From Macrostomum lignano (Eukaryota), in NCBI GenBank assembly GCA_002269645.1, contig NIVC01001808.1, positions 1 through 64,000 on the forward strand: DNA of 64,000 bases. The letters run 5' to 3'. Shown piece by piece: positions 9,120 to 20,606 of the stretch (position 1 is the stretch's first letter; each line of letters begins with the position of its first letter). Under the pieces are notes generated by a model. That model made no database searches, was not told where the DNA came from, and saw nothing but the letters and a program-made list of their open reading frames with translations. The position numbers and the translations under genes are program-made.

Positions 9120-9308
9120 ACTGCAGCAGACATACAGCAATAGAAAAACATAGGCCTATGTTCTCTCACTAAGGCCCCATGGAATTTCCATGGCTTTCCC
9201 TGCGGCAGAGTCCACCAATGCATTTACATAGGCGCTATGTTTACACACATAGGCCCGTGGTTTTCCCACGGAAATTCCTGCGGCAGAGTCCACATTTCCC
9301 CTACTACT
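9120..9308. repeat. Putative right terminal region (TIR) of the Polinton
   Basis: Direct repeat CCTGCGGCAGAGTCCAC twice, short palindromes (CATAGGCCTATG, CCATGGAATTTCCATGG), ending in CTACTACT, the reverse complement of the AGTAGT Polinton terminus. The partner TIR is not in the window. Confidence 0.45.
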
Positions 9309-10183
9309 TCCTTGGCTACGCCACTATAATTGTAGCTCGTACAAGACATTTAGGAATTACCCCTACAACCACAGTCTTTTTGAAAGCGAAAATATAAATA
9401 TTGGGCCCAATACAAAAGCGCTTTGCTCTGCTTTCTTGGTTCGATTGAGAGTACATAACTTTCACGGGCATATGGTTGTTTAATTGAATATATCCAGTAG
9501 GCCTTTTACGGTTCACTGCTACATCTAGTGGAATAGCTCGTAGATGGTTATGCTGCAGTGAGAGTTTCTTGTAGTAAGTGTTTAATACCCATTTCCACTA
9601 TTGAAAAACATTGATTATTATCGCTCGACTAAGTAATTTCTATCCATCTAAACGTGGACCAGATCGAGCGGCTATATATTTAGGACGAAATTGGCCCACA
9701 ACCGCATGAGCTCATGATCACCCACCTGCGCTTTTTCCTACAAGCATAAATCAGTTTTGATGGGAAATATGAAATAAAATGAATCCAATGATGACTGAAT
9801 TAATTCAGTCAAATGAGCTGAATGTAAACATTGTTAAGGTATTCGGACAGAACCTTGTCAACACGTTCTATTTTCATTTTTTAATCAGCAGAAAGCATCT
9901 ACTGAAGTAGCTTTTTGCCAACTATCACTATTTTTATCCAATATGGTTTTAGCATTCATTTCTGATTCTATTTCAGGTATCGAGTAATCATGCTAAAAAC
10001 GGATTTAAATTAAACAAAAAAGTGTGATTCTTTGGGTCACGCCTTTGTTTTCTTCGAAGTCTCAATTTGAAACATCTTTCGACGTCATTTGTCAGACTGC
10101 CATTTGGCTGTAGGCAGCTCAGCGGTAAATGCATCTTGACTCTCGCGCCACAATTCTTGATTCGATTCCGTGCGTGGACACCG

Positions 10184-10477
10184 CTAATCCACTCTTACCC
10201 CCGTCCTGATTGCTGATTGGCTGGCTTTGATTATCTAATCCACTCTTACCTCCGTCCTGATTGCTGATTGGCTGGCTTTTATTATCTAATCCACTCCACG
10301 CCATGCTGATTTCTGATTGGCTGGCTTTGATTATCGAATCCACCCTTACCCCCGTGCTGATTGCTGATTGGCTGGCTTTGATTATCTAATCCACTCTTAC
10401 CCCCGTCCCGATTGCTGATTGGCTGGCTTTGATTATCTAATCCACTCTACCCATACTGACTACTGATTGGCTGGCTC
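10184..10477. repeat. 51-bp tandem repeat, about 5-6 copies, rich in ATTGG/CCAAT
   Basis: Unit CTAATCCACTCTTACCCCCGTCCTGATTGCTGATTGGCTGGCTTTGATTAT starts at 10184, 10235 and 10286. Confidence 0.85.
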
Positions 10478-11331
10478 AGGTCAGTGAGGTACGAGCGTTA
10501 CGAGCGTCAGAAAAGTTCAACACAACCCCAAAAGTCAATTGGTTCAAGTTTGAGCTCAGGTCTAAGTGTATAGTCATAAATTAGCTCGATTTGGCTCTTT
10601 TAATGCCTGTGTTTGAAGATCTAGGGATATTAGTGAAACAAAATATTTTATGCAGCACACATGTACACTCCGAGACAAAAAAAACGCTGCGTTTCAAGTG
10701 TATTTGGAACTTTGGATTCGGAGGAATTTCCTTGGATGTTTTTACCTCCTCGGGCAGTCTCAGATATTTCAATTCCCTTCGTGTCAAGTTGAAGCTGTGG
10801 TACCAGCTGGCCAGCTAGAGGCATACATCAAGCCATGCCAGCCTCCAAAACCCCATCTCAGGTGAAAAAAGGTGCCACACGCCAAGACGCCAAGAGCACA
10901 CAATAAATTTGCACCGGCGAGTGTTGACAGGTATTGCAAATGCCCTGTTTGTCCTACGAAAATTGGCCACAGAGAATCAATAATTTTGCAGTCTCTTCTT
11001 GGCTGTTGAAATTGAAATTCTTCTTCCCCAAGCTTGAGGTGTTTCGCGTGAAAAGCGGGCTAAAGTTACAGAAAAGCCACGCGAGGATGGCGGGAGCGGG
11101 AAATCGATGGGCATTTTTTTAGCAAACGGCCATAAGGGAAAAAGGCAGTGAGCGATGGACTCTCGGGAAGGGAGCTAGTAATGAGAAATATACCTTTTCC
11201 TTCTCTTAATTGGCCAGCTGGACAATAACCAATGAGCTGCGGGATGCTCAAACAGCACAAGATGCAGAAAATCTTGCTGATTCATCAGAGCGCTTCAGTG
11301 AATTCTAAGAATTTCGACCGTATCGGCACTG

Positions 11332-12765
11332 ATGAGCGACTTGTCCACCACGACAGCAGGCGGCCTTGGCAACGCCACGGCTACCGAAAGTGCCGCAGAT
11401 GCCGCCGCGGCCGCAGCCGCTGCCTGGTGGGCTGCGGGCCTGCGCTGGACCCAGGTTGTCATGGCAACCCTCGGCCTGGCCGGAAACTCGTTAGTGGTGG
11501 CCACGCTGGCCCGACGCCGCTATCAATCTCGCTTCGCCACGGCGGTCTTCCTGCATCAGACGGCGGTGGACCTGTTCGTGTGCGCCTTCACTCTGGTGAT
11601 CATCCTGAAGCCAGATCAGAATCCCACGGACAGCCGCGGCCTCGGCTTTGTGCTCTGTCACGTGCTGAACAGCCAGCTGTTCTACTGGTACTCGGTGTTC
11701 GCCAGCGTCCAGAACCTGCTGCTGATTGCCATCGATCGCTACTGGGCCGTGTTCCGCCCGGTCCGGTACAAGACGCTCGGCTGGAGACCGGCAGCCGCCT
11801 GCCTAGGCGGACTGCACGCTTACTCGTTCCTCGTAAACATTATTGACGTGTTCTCCGTAGAGTTCGACTCGGGCAGCAACCTGTGCAGCAGCGAGATCAC
11901 CAATCCCGTCTGGAAACGCGTATTCAAGGTGTACGGCTTCGCCTGGTTCGGCCTCGTCTACCTGGCGCCAGTGACCGGCGTTGTCTGCCTATACGTCGGA
12001 ATCGTCTGCCGCCTAAGCGGTCGCGGCAGCCTCCGCTCCGCCGCCGCAGCCAGCCGCTTCCGACGACGCGCAGCCACCGAGCTGACCAAATCAGCCGTGG
12101 TGATCACGGGCATCTTTATTGTATGTTTCAGCTACGACTGCGTGTACTACCTGCTCGGGCACCTGGACCTGGTGCAGTACGTGTACAACTCGCCCACGCA
12201 GCTGATTGGCGTGTTCCTGGTGACCCTGAACTCCTGCGCCAATCCAGTTGTCTACTGCATCGTCATGCGCTCCTTTCGCGCTCGAATCGTAGCCGCAGTC
12301 TGCTGCTGCTGCAACGCCAGAAGACTCGGTGGCGGCTTGGTCAGACGGCGAAACAACAGCAATAGTAATCGTGGAAAAGTCGAAGGCCTGGACGGCGAGG
12401 ACGTGGGTCAGAGAACTGACACCGAATTTGTTTCGGCGGCCAGACGTGGTTGCAGTGGACGCCGTAACTATCAAAAGTGCACCGAAGACGATGGATGCTG
12501 CATTGACGATGAAGGAGATCCCGATGGCGATGAATTGGAAGAGTCTGGAAGCATCGATGTCGAGGCGTCCCAGGAGCTGCAGCCAATCGTGTCCAATGCT
12601 GGCTCGTTGTCGCCGCTGTCCACTCCGGCTGAATCGCCAGCTCCGCGCCGACTTTCTGTCGGCTTTGGCTTGGGCCTCGGCTTCGGCTCCAGGGCCCGCC
12701 TGCTGGAGCCTCCCATCGCCATGAAGGAGCTGCGCTTTCGAGTGAAGCAGGTGCAGGCGCAGTAA
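11332..12765 (+). CDS. Intronless class A (rhodopsin-like) GPCR, probably a peptide receptor
   Basis: Seven hydrophobic segments, GN in TM1 (LAGNSLV), IAIDRYWAV (DRY), NSCANPVVY (NPxxY), Cys cluster after TM7 and a long acidic C-tail. Confidence 0.93.
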   Translation: MSDLSTTTAGGLGNATATESAADAAAAAAAAWWAAGLRWTQVVMATLGLAGNSLVVATLARRRYQSRFATAVFLHQTAVDLFVCAFTLVIILKPDQNPTDSRGLGFVLCHVLNSQLFYWYSVFASVQNLLLIAIDRYWAVFRPVRYKTLGWRPAAACLGGLHAYSFLVNIIDVFSVEFDSGSNLCSSEITNPVWKRVFKVYGFAWFGLVYLAPVTGVVCLYVGIVCRLSGRGSLRSAAAASRFRRRAATELTKSAVVITGIFIVCFSYDCVYYLLGHLDLVQYVYNSPTQLIGVFLVTLNSCANPVVYCIVMRSFRARIVAAVCCCCNARRLGGGLVRRRNNSNSNRGKVEGLDGEDVGQRTDTEFVSAARRGCSGRRNYQKCTEDDGCCIDDEGDPDGDELEESGSIDVEASQELQPIVSNAGSLSPLSTPAESPAPRRLSVGFGLGLGFGSRARLLEPPIAMKELRFRVKQVQAQ

Positions 12766-15006
12766 TCGATGCGGAATCCAAACACCCATGATTAGTTCGC
12801 AAGATCCACGGCATGCAAAATGAAACAATTAATCTACAAACGCTCGGTCACGTGTTAATTCGCTATTTAGTTTGCCGGTTCTCTATCATTATTGTGGGCT
12901 CGGAATTCTTAGTTAGTTATCCTTCACTTTCACACTAGATATCACAGCGTCATACGATGTACCTTATGTACCTTAAGGTAATTCTGTTAAGAACACTCAT
13001 GCAGGGCGCGCTGAACAATGCTTAAAATAATTTCGCCCACCCCAAATCATAATTTTTAACAACTTATGAGCACTATGAGCTGCCTTTGAAATCTCTAAAT
13101 GGAACGAACGACTCAGATTTAGTTTACTGAATTCGCTTTTTTTGTTTCCTATCGTCTATTAAACGGTTTGCTTACCTTCCTATCTGCATTGAAGGTGCAA
13201 CTGCTTAAACAAAATTACAAACTGAAATTGAACTGCTCACAAGAGTCTGTACTCCCATTGTGAGCTGGCTGCTGTGTTTTTTGGTCAGAGGGGATTTGCT
13301 GGTGGTAGCAACCTACAGCTGGCAGGCAAACAGCAGAATAACGCGTCACGCCTGCTTCTGTTCTGGGATCGCACAGGCCTGCAGCGGCCAGTCAGTCAGG
13401 TGCCCAGCGAACCGAAAGCTTCAGAAAAGACTCTTTACAATAAGAGTCCACGCGACTAGAACTGGGGTAGCTAATGGATAAAGAAGAGGGTGAAAAAAGG
13501 AGAGGAGAAGAAACTCCCAAATCCTTTTATTCGCTCAGCACGCCGAGACAGACAACAATGGTTCAATAGAGACTGCCAGGTTTAGCTGGGATGTTGCTAA
13601 GATTTTGCCGCTAAGCAGCACATTCTGATGGCGCGGAACTAAGAAGAGACCTTGGCCCAGACTCAGCAACTGCCTCATCTGCATGCAAATGGCCAACCAC
13701 CAGTTATAGGAATCCCCAGCTCCAGCCCGTTCCCTCGCGAGCCTTTTGGGACGTCAAATTAACCAGCTCATCTGCCGCGCGTTAGATGACCCTTGTTCAA
13801 AGACTTCTCCACCAGAGCAAAGCTGTCTGTGGGGGGGGGGTAAGTAATGGGAGAAAGGGAATGACGGACAGAGGAACATGGCTGAGTTCTGTCTGCCTGT
13901 ACTCAAACTATTATAATTGTCGGCCCCGTAATGAACTAACTTCGCACTTGACGCTTCGTGGCGCTTTTCTCAGAAAAAGCACAAAATTTTTGGCTAGAGA
14001 ATCGGGCGTTAATTAATTCGACAATTCGGCCATGAAATAACCGCTCGTTCGAGCCTCCATGTTCCTTCCATGTTCCACGAGAGGGTGTCTCATTAACCCA
14101 CAGTGTTAGAATGGCTTTGAGTGGCTTGGAACTAGTGAGGTTTTTGCATCCCTGCTCGTACTCATTTTCCATGTAAGATACTTTTAAACTCCAGCTCTTT
14201 CAGCGAATCAAAACAAACCTGTCAAGATAGGAACGAGAATATATCTTCTTTTGTAGCATGAATTTATGCATAATCTTTCAAACTAAACCTTTATTTTTTA
14301 GGCGATGATAAGTGTGTGCCCTGTCTGATGATAAGAAAGTCAGGGATGCTGTGCACCCTGTGTGAGTCTGCGTGCTCAGGGGACAGCGAACTGGGCCTCC
14401 TTGCTGACTTTATTTGCGGCAGGGACTAAAGCTCCCAGAAAAATTAACGGAAAAAAGAAAACTGAAGACCTGAAAACTCCCTGGATTCTAACGGTGCTGT
14501 TATATTGAGAACTTAAATTTAGTTCACAAAATTCTAAATTCTACTTGCACATGAACTGCAAGCTGTAAGAAAAATTTAATCGAGCTAATGGGTTACTCTG
14601 TCCCATCTGCAACTCTTTCCGCAACCCGCTTTTCTCCATGCATTGGATTTTTTCCCTACAGAAAATCCCCCTCTGAGTCAGACCTCCTGCCTTTCCTTTG
14701 ATGCCTTTGTCCCTCAGAAGTGGAGCCGTTAGTGAGAGCTGGGCACTCGCACCGGACACTCACCACTGCCAGCCAGGGAATGATGAAGAGAATTAAAATA
14801 ATTGACTCAACTGAGAACACTTGAAGGCGACAGTAGAAATGCTGTGGTCAAAGGACTATTAATTCAGTGCCTACTTGTCTTGAACACCATTTAATGACTG
14901 TAACAAAAAATATCGATTAGTTTACGTGTGTTCGTGAGACATTTAGGTGAAGAATTGCAAATCGACGTTGGTTGCCTATGGGCGTAATCGTAGTCTGCCA
15001 ACCAGG

Positions 15007-15636
15007 GGTGCTGGCGCCCCTTGGTGCTGGCGCCCCTTGGTGCTGGCGCCCCTTGGTGCTGGCGCCCCTTGGTGCTGGCGCCCCTTGGTGCTGGCGCCCC
15101 TTGGTGCTGGCGCCCCTTGGTGCTGGCGCCCCTTGGTGCTGGCGCCCCTTGGTGCTGGCGCCCCTTGGTGCTGGCGCCCCTTGGTGCTGGCGCCCCTTGG
15201 TGCTGGCGCCCCTTGGTGCTGGCGCCCCTTGGTGCTGGCGCCCCTTGGTGCTGGCGCCCCTTGGTGCTGGCGCCCCTTGGTGCTGGCGCCCCTTGGTGCT
15301 GGCGCCCCTTGGTGCTGGCGCCCCTTGGTGCTGGCGCCCCTTGGTGCTGGCGCCCCTTGGTGCTGGCGCCCCTTGGTGCTGGCGCCCCTTGGTGCTGGCG
15401 CCCCTTGGTGCTGGCGCCCCTTGGTGCTGGCGCCCCTTGGTGCTGGCGCCCCTTGGTGCTGGCGCCCCTTGGTGCTGGCGCCCCTTGGTGCTGGCGCCCC
15501 TTGGTGCTGGCGCCCCTTGGTGCTGGCGCCCCTTGGTGCTGGCGCCCCTTGGTGCTGGCGCCCCTTGGTGCTGGCGCCCCTTGGTGCTGGCGCCCCTTGG
15601 TGCTGGCGCCCCTTGGTGCTGGCGCCCCTTGGTGCT
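15007..15636. repeat. Homogeneous 16-bp minisatellite (GGTGCTGGCGCCCCTT)n, about 39 copies
   Basis: Direct reading; I saw no variant units. Confidence 0.97.
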
Positions 15637-16084
15637 AAAGCGTAATTCAGAGCATTGCAACGCGTATCGCAAACCCTTTGAATCATTTATTCGGTCGAAT
15701 GCCTTCACACAAACAGAATTCATAAAATAGATGAATCAACAGCAAAGAAAAAAAACTGCAGATTAGGAGCGTTCGACATGAAATATTGATTGATTTCTCG
15801 GCGCTTTTTTTGCAAAGCTGTGCTTGAATTTTACGGATTCTGTTTATCGTTAAAGGAATGGTTAAGCGATTTCATCTTTACAGAATAATTAAATAAACAG
15901 TGTAAGACTATTTTACTGGAGTTAAGAAGATTTCTAGACTACTGGAAATTCTGGTTCATCGACAGCAAATGCAGAAGGACGGTGAAGTATTTCATCTTTT
16001 TGACAGAAACTTTACAATTGATGTACATTACAATTGCAGTCATAAGCACAGGCACACACTCACACAGAAGTGTACAGCGGCCCT

Positions 16085-16278
16085 AACTTTATATTATCGT
16101 TAGGCTTGTACACTTCACTTGTGCCGTGGGGGTTGGCCCTCAAGGCTGTTAATTGCACGAGCAGAGCCAAGCCGAGATTCCAATTCAGCCCCAAATTAAG
16201 GTGGACTGCACTGGGAATCGAGCCTGGGCCGCTGGCACATCAGAGCGCCGCGCCAGACCGCTGGGCTACGGCCGCCCC
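16085..16278 (-). mobile_element. tRNA-derived SINE
   Basis: Minus strand GGGGCGGCCGTAGCCCAGCGG (A box) ... GGCTCGATTCC (B box, 16214-16224) followed by a non-tRNA body. The 3' boundary is approximate. Confidence 0.6.
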
Positions 16279-17446
16279 AGTAAATTAACAAAATGGAAAC
16301 GGTTTTATTTTAAGCGACGGAAATTCTACTTTCTAAATGGTCGTTATGGACAATTCTCAGACAAGAAAAAATTGCCTAGAATATGAAAAGTCGGTTTGAA
16401 ACGAACGCACTGACAAGATTAGGAAAAAGCAGGTGCTTTGTTTTGCACTTTTCCATGTTTGTCAGTCTCCGGTAGCACTTTTAAAGGGGTAGAAATTATC
16501 CAATATGTCAAAACCTGTTGACTTGTGGTTAAAAATAGCTCGCAGTTTTTTGAAGATCAAACAGTCGAGGACACCTGAGAAAAATTCAGATGTTAAGAAT
16601 TGTGCTAATCTCCTCTAAGTAGGGTGAGCCATGGATTTTATGGTACGTGGATATAGGTAATAAGGTAAGAATTTTAAAAACGAAAAATTTCTATATTTTT
16701 TGGCACTTCAGTCACTCATTTTAGCGCCGCAGACACTCATTTTGGCGCCATTAAGTGAAATTCAGCTTTTACTAGGGGGGGGGACACATGTCCCCCTGTC
16801 CGTCCCTACCGGTGGTAAAAAATGACAGCAGTTATTGCACCACTCTAAAATTGCAGCCAAAAGCATTGGCGATTGTCACTTACTATAATTAGTGCTTTCT
16901 AATTAATTTCATGCACAACTTAATTATCACGCTATGGGCGGTTCACAATTATACTAAAATGTTTTTGTCTAAATTTGAGTTCAAAACTAAGCTGTATTTA
17001 AAATTAACTTTGGTCATATTTATATATAGATTTAAACTACTGAAAGTAGCCACGAGAGTGCAACGTGTATTGGGAGACTCATTTGAGGTTCATAATTGTG
17101 CTAAAGCTAAAGCCCCTGGTGCTAAAGCCCGTAGTGCTAAAGCCCCTGGCATTGAAGACACTTTCAAAAGACAAAGATTGACACTCAAAAACACATGTAC
17201 ATGTACGCTTAGGATTAAATGATTAAAATGACAGCCATCTGAATATTTTAAGGACCGAATGTGAATGCTAAGAATTTTCGACTAAAAAGTTAAATCAGCA
17301 GTGAATTCCTGTCAGCTTCTTCAAGCTCTCTGGTCACTGGACATGAAAGTCATTTAAAAGCTGGTGAATAGGAGGACCGATTTATTGAGCACGGCTCTCG
17401 TTCCAGAACTTTCTTTAGAAATCGTTTTATGCGGGATCTGGCGGCA

Positions 17447-17449
<3 letters not shown>

Positions 17450-17494
<45 letters not shown>
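17450..17494. repeat. (TG)n microsatellite
   Basis: Direct reading. Confidence 0.97.
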
Positions 17495-17500
<6 letters not shown>

Positions 17501-18229
17501 CACACGTGAGCAAGCATTGGGTGGCCCGGTGTGTACACAATAAGCACTGAATCTCTCACTGGCGCATCCCATGAGGGCTTGGAACTCAGAGTCCAGGAAA
17601 CCAGCTTTGCCCATTCCTCCTAGCTGGCTCTCCCCCTCTTCCACCCACTCTTTTTCCCTGACCTAAAAGTAGTTGCTTGAACGAGCGAAAGACGGGGCAG
17701 AGGTGGAACGAGAGGTCTTCACCCGGCTTGTTCGACAGCAATTTCAACAAGCCAGAGAGAAAGCTGGAAAAATCTGAGAAACTGAAGAATTCCAAAGGGC
17801 TACTCGTTGAGCTGCTGTGAGTGACATTTTTGTAGGGCCACTGAAGTTGGACAGCCTTCTAAAAACATTATAATTATACTGCTAGTGTAAAAACTAAGTA
17901 CGTTTGCATGCTTGTTGAAATTGATAAAACATATTGTCAATCAGTACTTAAAATTCACTCTGTAGTCGGTGTGTCACTCTGTAGCCGGTGTGTCACTCTG
18001 CAGGCAGTGTGTCACTGTAACTAATAATGTGGTCCCTTTGTAGCTGAGGTGTCCTCTGTAATTAGTGTGTCCTTGTATAACCGGTGTGTCACTGACAAAT
18101 CTTTTACGAATCCACTGTCTGGGTTTCATTCCAGAACAGACACCTTTTGGCAATATCAAACGCAAATTCGAAGGCACATCATGATGTGGTAATTATTTTC
18201 CAAAAGTTCGCAGCACCAAGAAACGTCCA

Positions 18230-19320
18230 ATGGCCGACAATCGAGTCCCCGAAGACGAGGCGTCAAGCCGCCGTGCCTACGTGCCGGCCTACACAGCTTC
18301 CATGCCGGGACTGCGACGTCGGCTTCATCAACAGCGACCAGCAATCTCGCCAAAACAGCACCAACAGCCGGCTTCTTCGCCCCCGCCACCGCCGCTGCCA
18401 CCACGGCTTTCAAGACGATCCGTCTCGGCTACATCCCTGTCACAATTGGTAGCGGAAGAGAGCCGAGCAACGCTGTACGGAGCCAACATACCTGACTGTC
18501 CGGTCGGCTACGAGCGATACGTCCGCGAGAGAATGCGGCAGCACAAGCGCCTGTCGGTCCGGCGGGCCCTGCTGTTTGACGCCGTTGCTTCAGCGCAGGC
18601 TGTAGTGGAGAAGAAAGCTTCGCCTCCGACGCCGCCGCCCAGACTACGTCGAGCAGTTCAGCAGCAGGAGGCGTTGACGACCGGTCAGCTGAGGTGCGAA
18701 TTCTGTCATTGCCATCGACGACAATCCGAAACGCAGACGCAGAGACGGTAGGTACGGCTTGGTCAGCTTAGGATTGCGATCAGTTGCGGAAAAATTAGAA
18801 GCGAATCTAACAAACTAATAGTTGAATCGGGCTTTGAACTTGTGTGACCATGGATGAGGTCCTGGCTTAGAGGTTACATGTAAGAAGACCATGCAGTCGA
18901 GGTGTTTTGGTGCTAAAAAACTCTGTGAAGAGCTTGGAATCTAGAAATAAATTAGTGTATATAAGACGCACTGATACCTTTTAAGTTCATTAAAGAGTTA
19001 AAAAAGAGTTTTATAGCACAGTCAGCTTGAATGTACTGTTCGGAAACTCGAATTTTAGAAGGCCAACAACAAGTCTACATTCGACTGTCAACCAGCAGCC
19101 GCAGCAGCATCGGCTGTACACATGGGTTCCCGGTTTTGGAAATATTTATCCTGGTCCCTCGAAGCCTTGGGAAGCTGGGATTTGCCGTCAACACCAGCTG
19201 CAGCGGCAGCAGCAGCAGCAAGTACAGAGTACCAGACAACGGATCGACGCGAATCGAGTCTATTTCAACGAACGCCATCTGGCCAGCCGAGCTGCAGAAT
19301 GGAAAGAGACTCTGGTTTAG
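18230..19320 (+). CDS. Putative two-exon orphan gene, Pro/Gln/Arg-rich (exons 18230-18747 and 19059-19320)
   Basis: GC-rich exon-like composition. Donor CG|GTAGGT at 18748 and acceptor TTTTAG|A at 19058 are phase-compatible and join two ORFs. No recognisable domain. Confidence 0.5.
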
Positions 19321-19679
19321 TAATGATGTAGCTTTAGAATAAAATATGAGAATTCTCTCTGCAGAAGCGACGAAGTATAGTGATTTTGTTGAAAACTTTG
19401 ATGTTAGCTTTACTTCATAGATGCACACGAATGCTACTAGATACATTCACAGTGAGTGAGTTTTTTATATTGTATAGTGACAAATGCATGCTTTAAGTAC
19501 ACTCAGCGACGTGTTAAAATTTCCAACCCGGAACCAGTGGTCAACTTTTCTCAGATCTCAGCCCTAAGTGACGCAATGCATATCACAGCCCGCGGTTCTC
19601 ATCTTAACTGGGGGTGATGCACTGGCTTAGGCTAATGAGGAGAGAGTGAAGGGTTTATGGCTAGGGTTGGATGTGAGAA

Positions 19680-20104
19680 ATTTCGGAGATGTCAAGGCTC
19701 ATAGAGAGAATCGCAGAGACGTCAATACTCACGGGGAGTTGCCAAGATATCAAAGATTATGGGGGAATTGCTGAAATGCTGTGGACCAAGGCTCATGCTG
19801 GAGTTGCTGAGATGTCAATGCTCACGGGGGATGGGGTTTGAGCTCATGAGGTATTGCTGAAATTCTGTGGCTCAAGTGGGGTATTGCTGAGAAAAATTCT
19901 CCTGGGGGTGTTCAGATGCATTGAGCCAAAGCCCATAGGGGGATCTGATATCTAAGGCTAGATAGCTGGCTTTCAGGGCGGGGCTTTCTGCTTTAATCGT
20001 CCTTGAGAAATTAACAATAGTGACTGTACAAGGTAAAAATCTAAATGTAGTTTATTAAAAATTGCTTTATCTGTTGCCTCCCCAACGGGGGCACAAACTG
20101 CTAG
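19680..20104 (+). mobile_element. Dispersed repeat, possibly a non-autonomous Helitron-like element; related copies inverted at ~30130-30410 and ~58920-59060
   Basis: 19930-19980 is the near reverse complement of 58925-58980 (GCCCTGAAAGCCARCTATCTAGCCTWAGATATCAG). It ends in a GC hairpin GCCTCCCCAACGGGGGC, 8 nt, then CTAG-T (20101-20105). Confidence 0.45.
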
Positions 20105-20606
20105 TCCTCTATACTAAAAACGATCGATTTTAGAAAAAAACGGCTCAACCGATTTTCATAAAACTTGCACCGTTCGATCAAATTAAAAAATAGCTCGTAT
20201 GAAGTTATAAATTTAGTCGCTTATATCAACAATCTGAAGGTGTCGACACTGATCCACATAGTTAAAATATTTTATTATCGCGCACGCCTTGAGGCCCCGC
20301 GGGTCACGTGACAAGCCAAACTGGCAGTTGTCTAGCCTTATTTACAAGGCTAGGTCAGATTTCTGTAGATCACGTGACAAACAGCCCTGGGAATGAGCCA
20401 TCAGGCCTGCCTGTTTGTTAGTCGTTTTACGCTCCGTGCGTGCGTGCCTCGATCGGGTGTGTAAACTTAACTAAATGCATGCAACTTACTGATAATGCAA
20501 ATGCTGACGAACAACTTTCTTTGCAGTTAAAATCACTGAGCAAAACAACCAGTTCATGTAATAAAAGACAGTAATATACTTGCAAAAACCTGAGATAGCT
20601 TTCAGA

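Larger units (their letters stand above)
1..9308. mobile_element. Endogenous Polinton/Maverick (adintovirus-like) element, right portion; left end lies outside the window
   Basis: Co-located pPolB C-terminus, FtsK/A32-like ATPase, adenain protease, major and minor capsid-like ORFs and rve-chromodomain integrase, tightly packed and intronless. Candidate terminus CTACTACT at 9301-9308. Confidence 0.95.

Noticed and set aside
1-9308. Reading the compact intronless block as a prophage or bacterial contaminant
   Set aside because: Gene content (pPolB, adenain, chromodomain integrase, TBP, PC4) is that of eukaryotic Polintons, and it is contiguous with intron-containing animal genes.
11232-12828. 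Several alternative-frame and antisense ORFs over the GPCR
   Set aside because: Expected by-product of GC-rich coding sequence; no motifs.
14917-15730. Five long overlapping ORFs (205-268 aa) of GAGAPWCWRPLVLAPL / GASTKGRQHQGAPAPR
   Set aside because: They are translations of a stop-free 16-bp tandem repeat; there is no independent coding evidence.
17586-17795. KPGEDLSFHLCP resembling a THAP-domain SFH-x-FP motif
   Set aside because: The required N-terminal C-x2-4-C and downstream W/C/H residues are missing.
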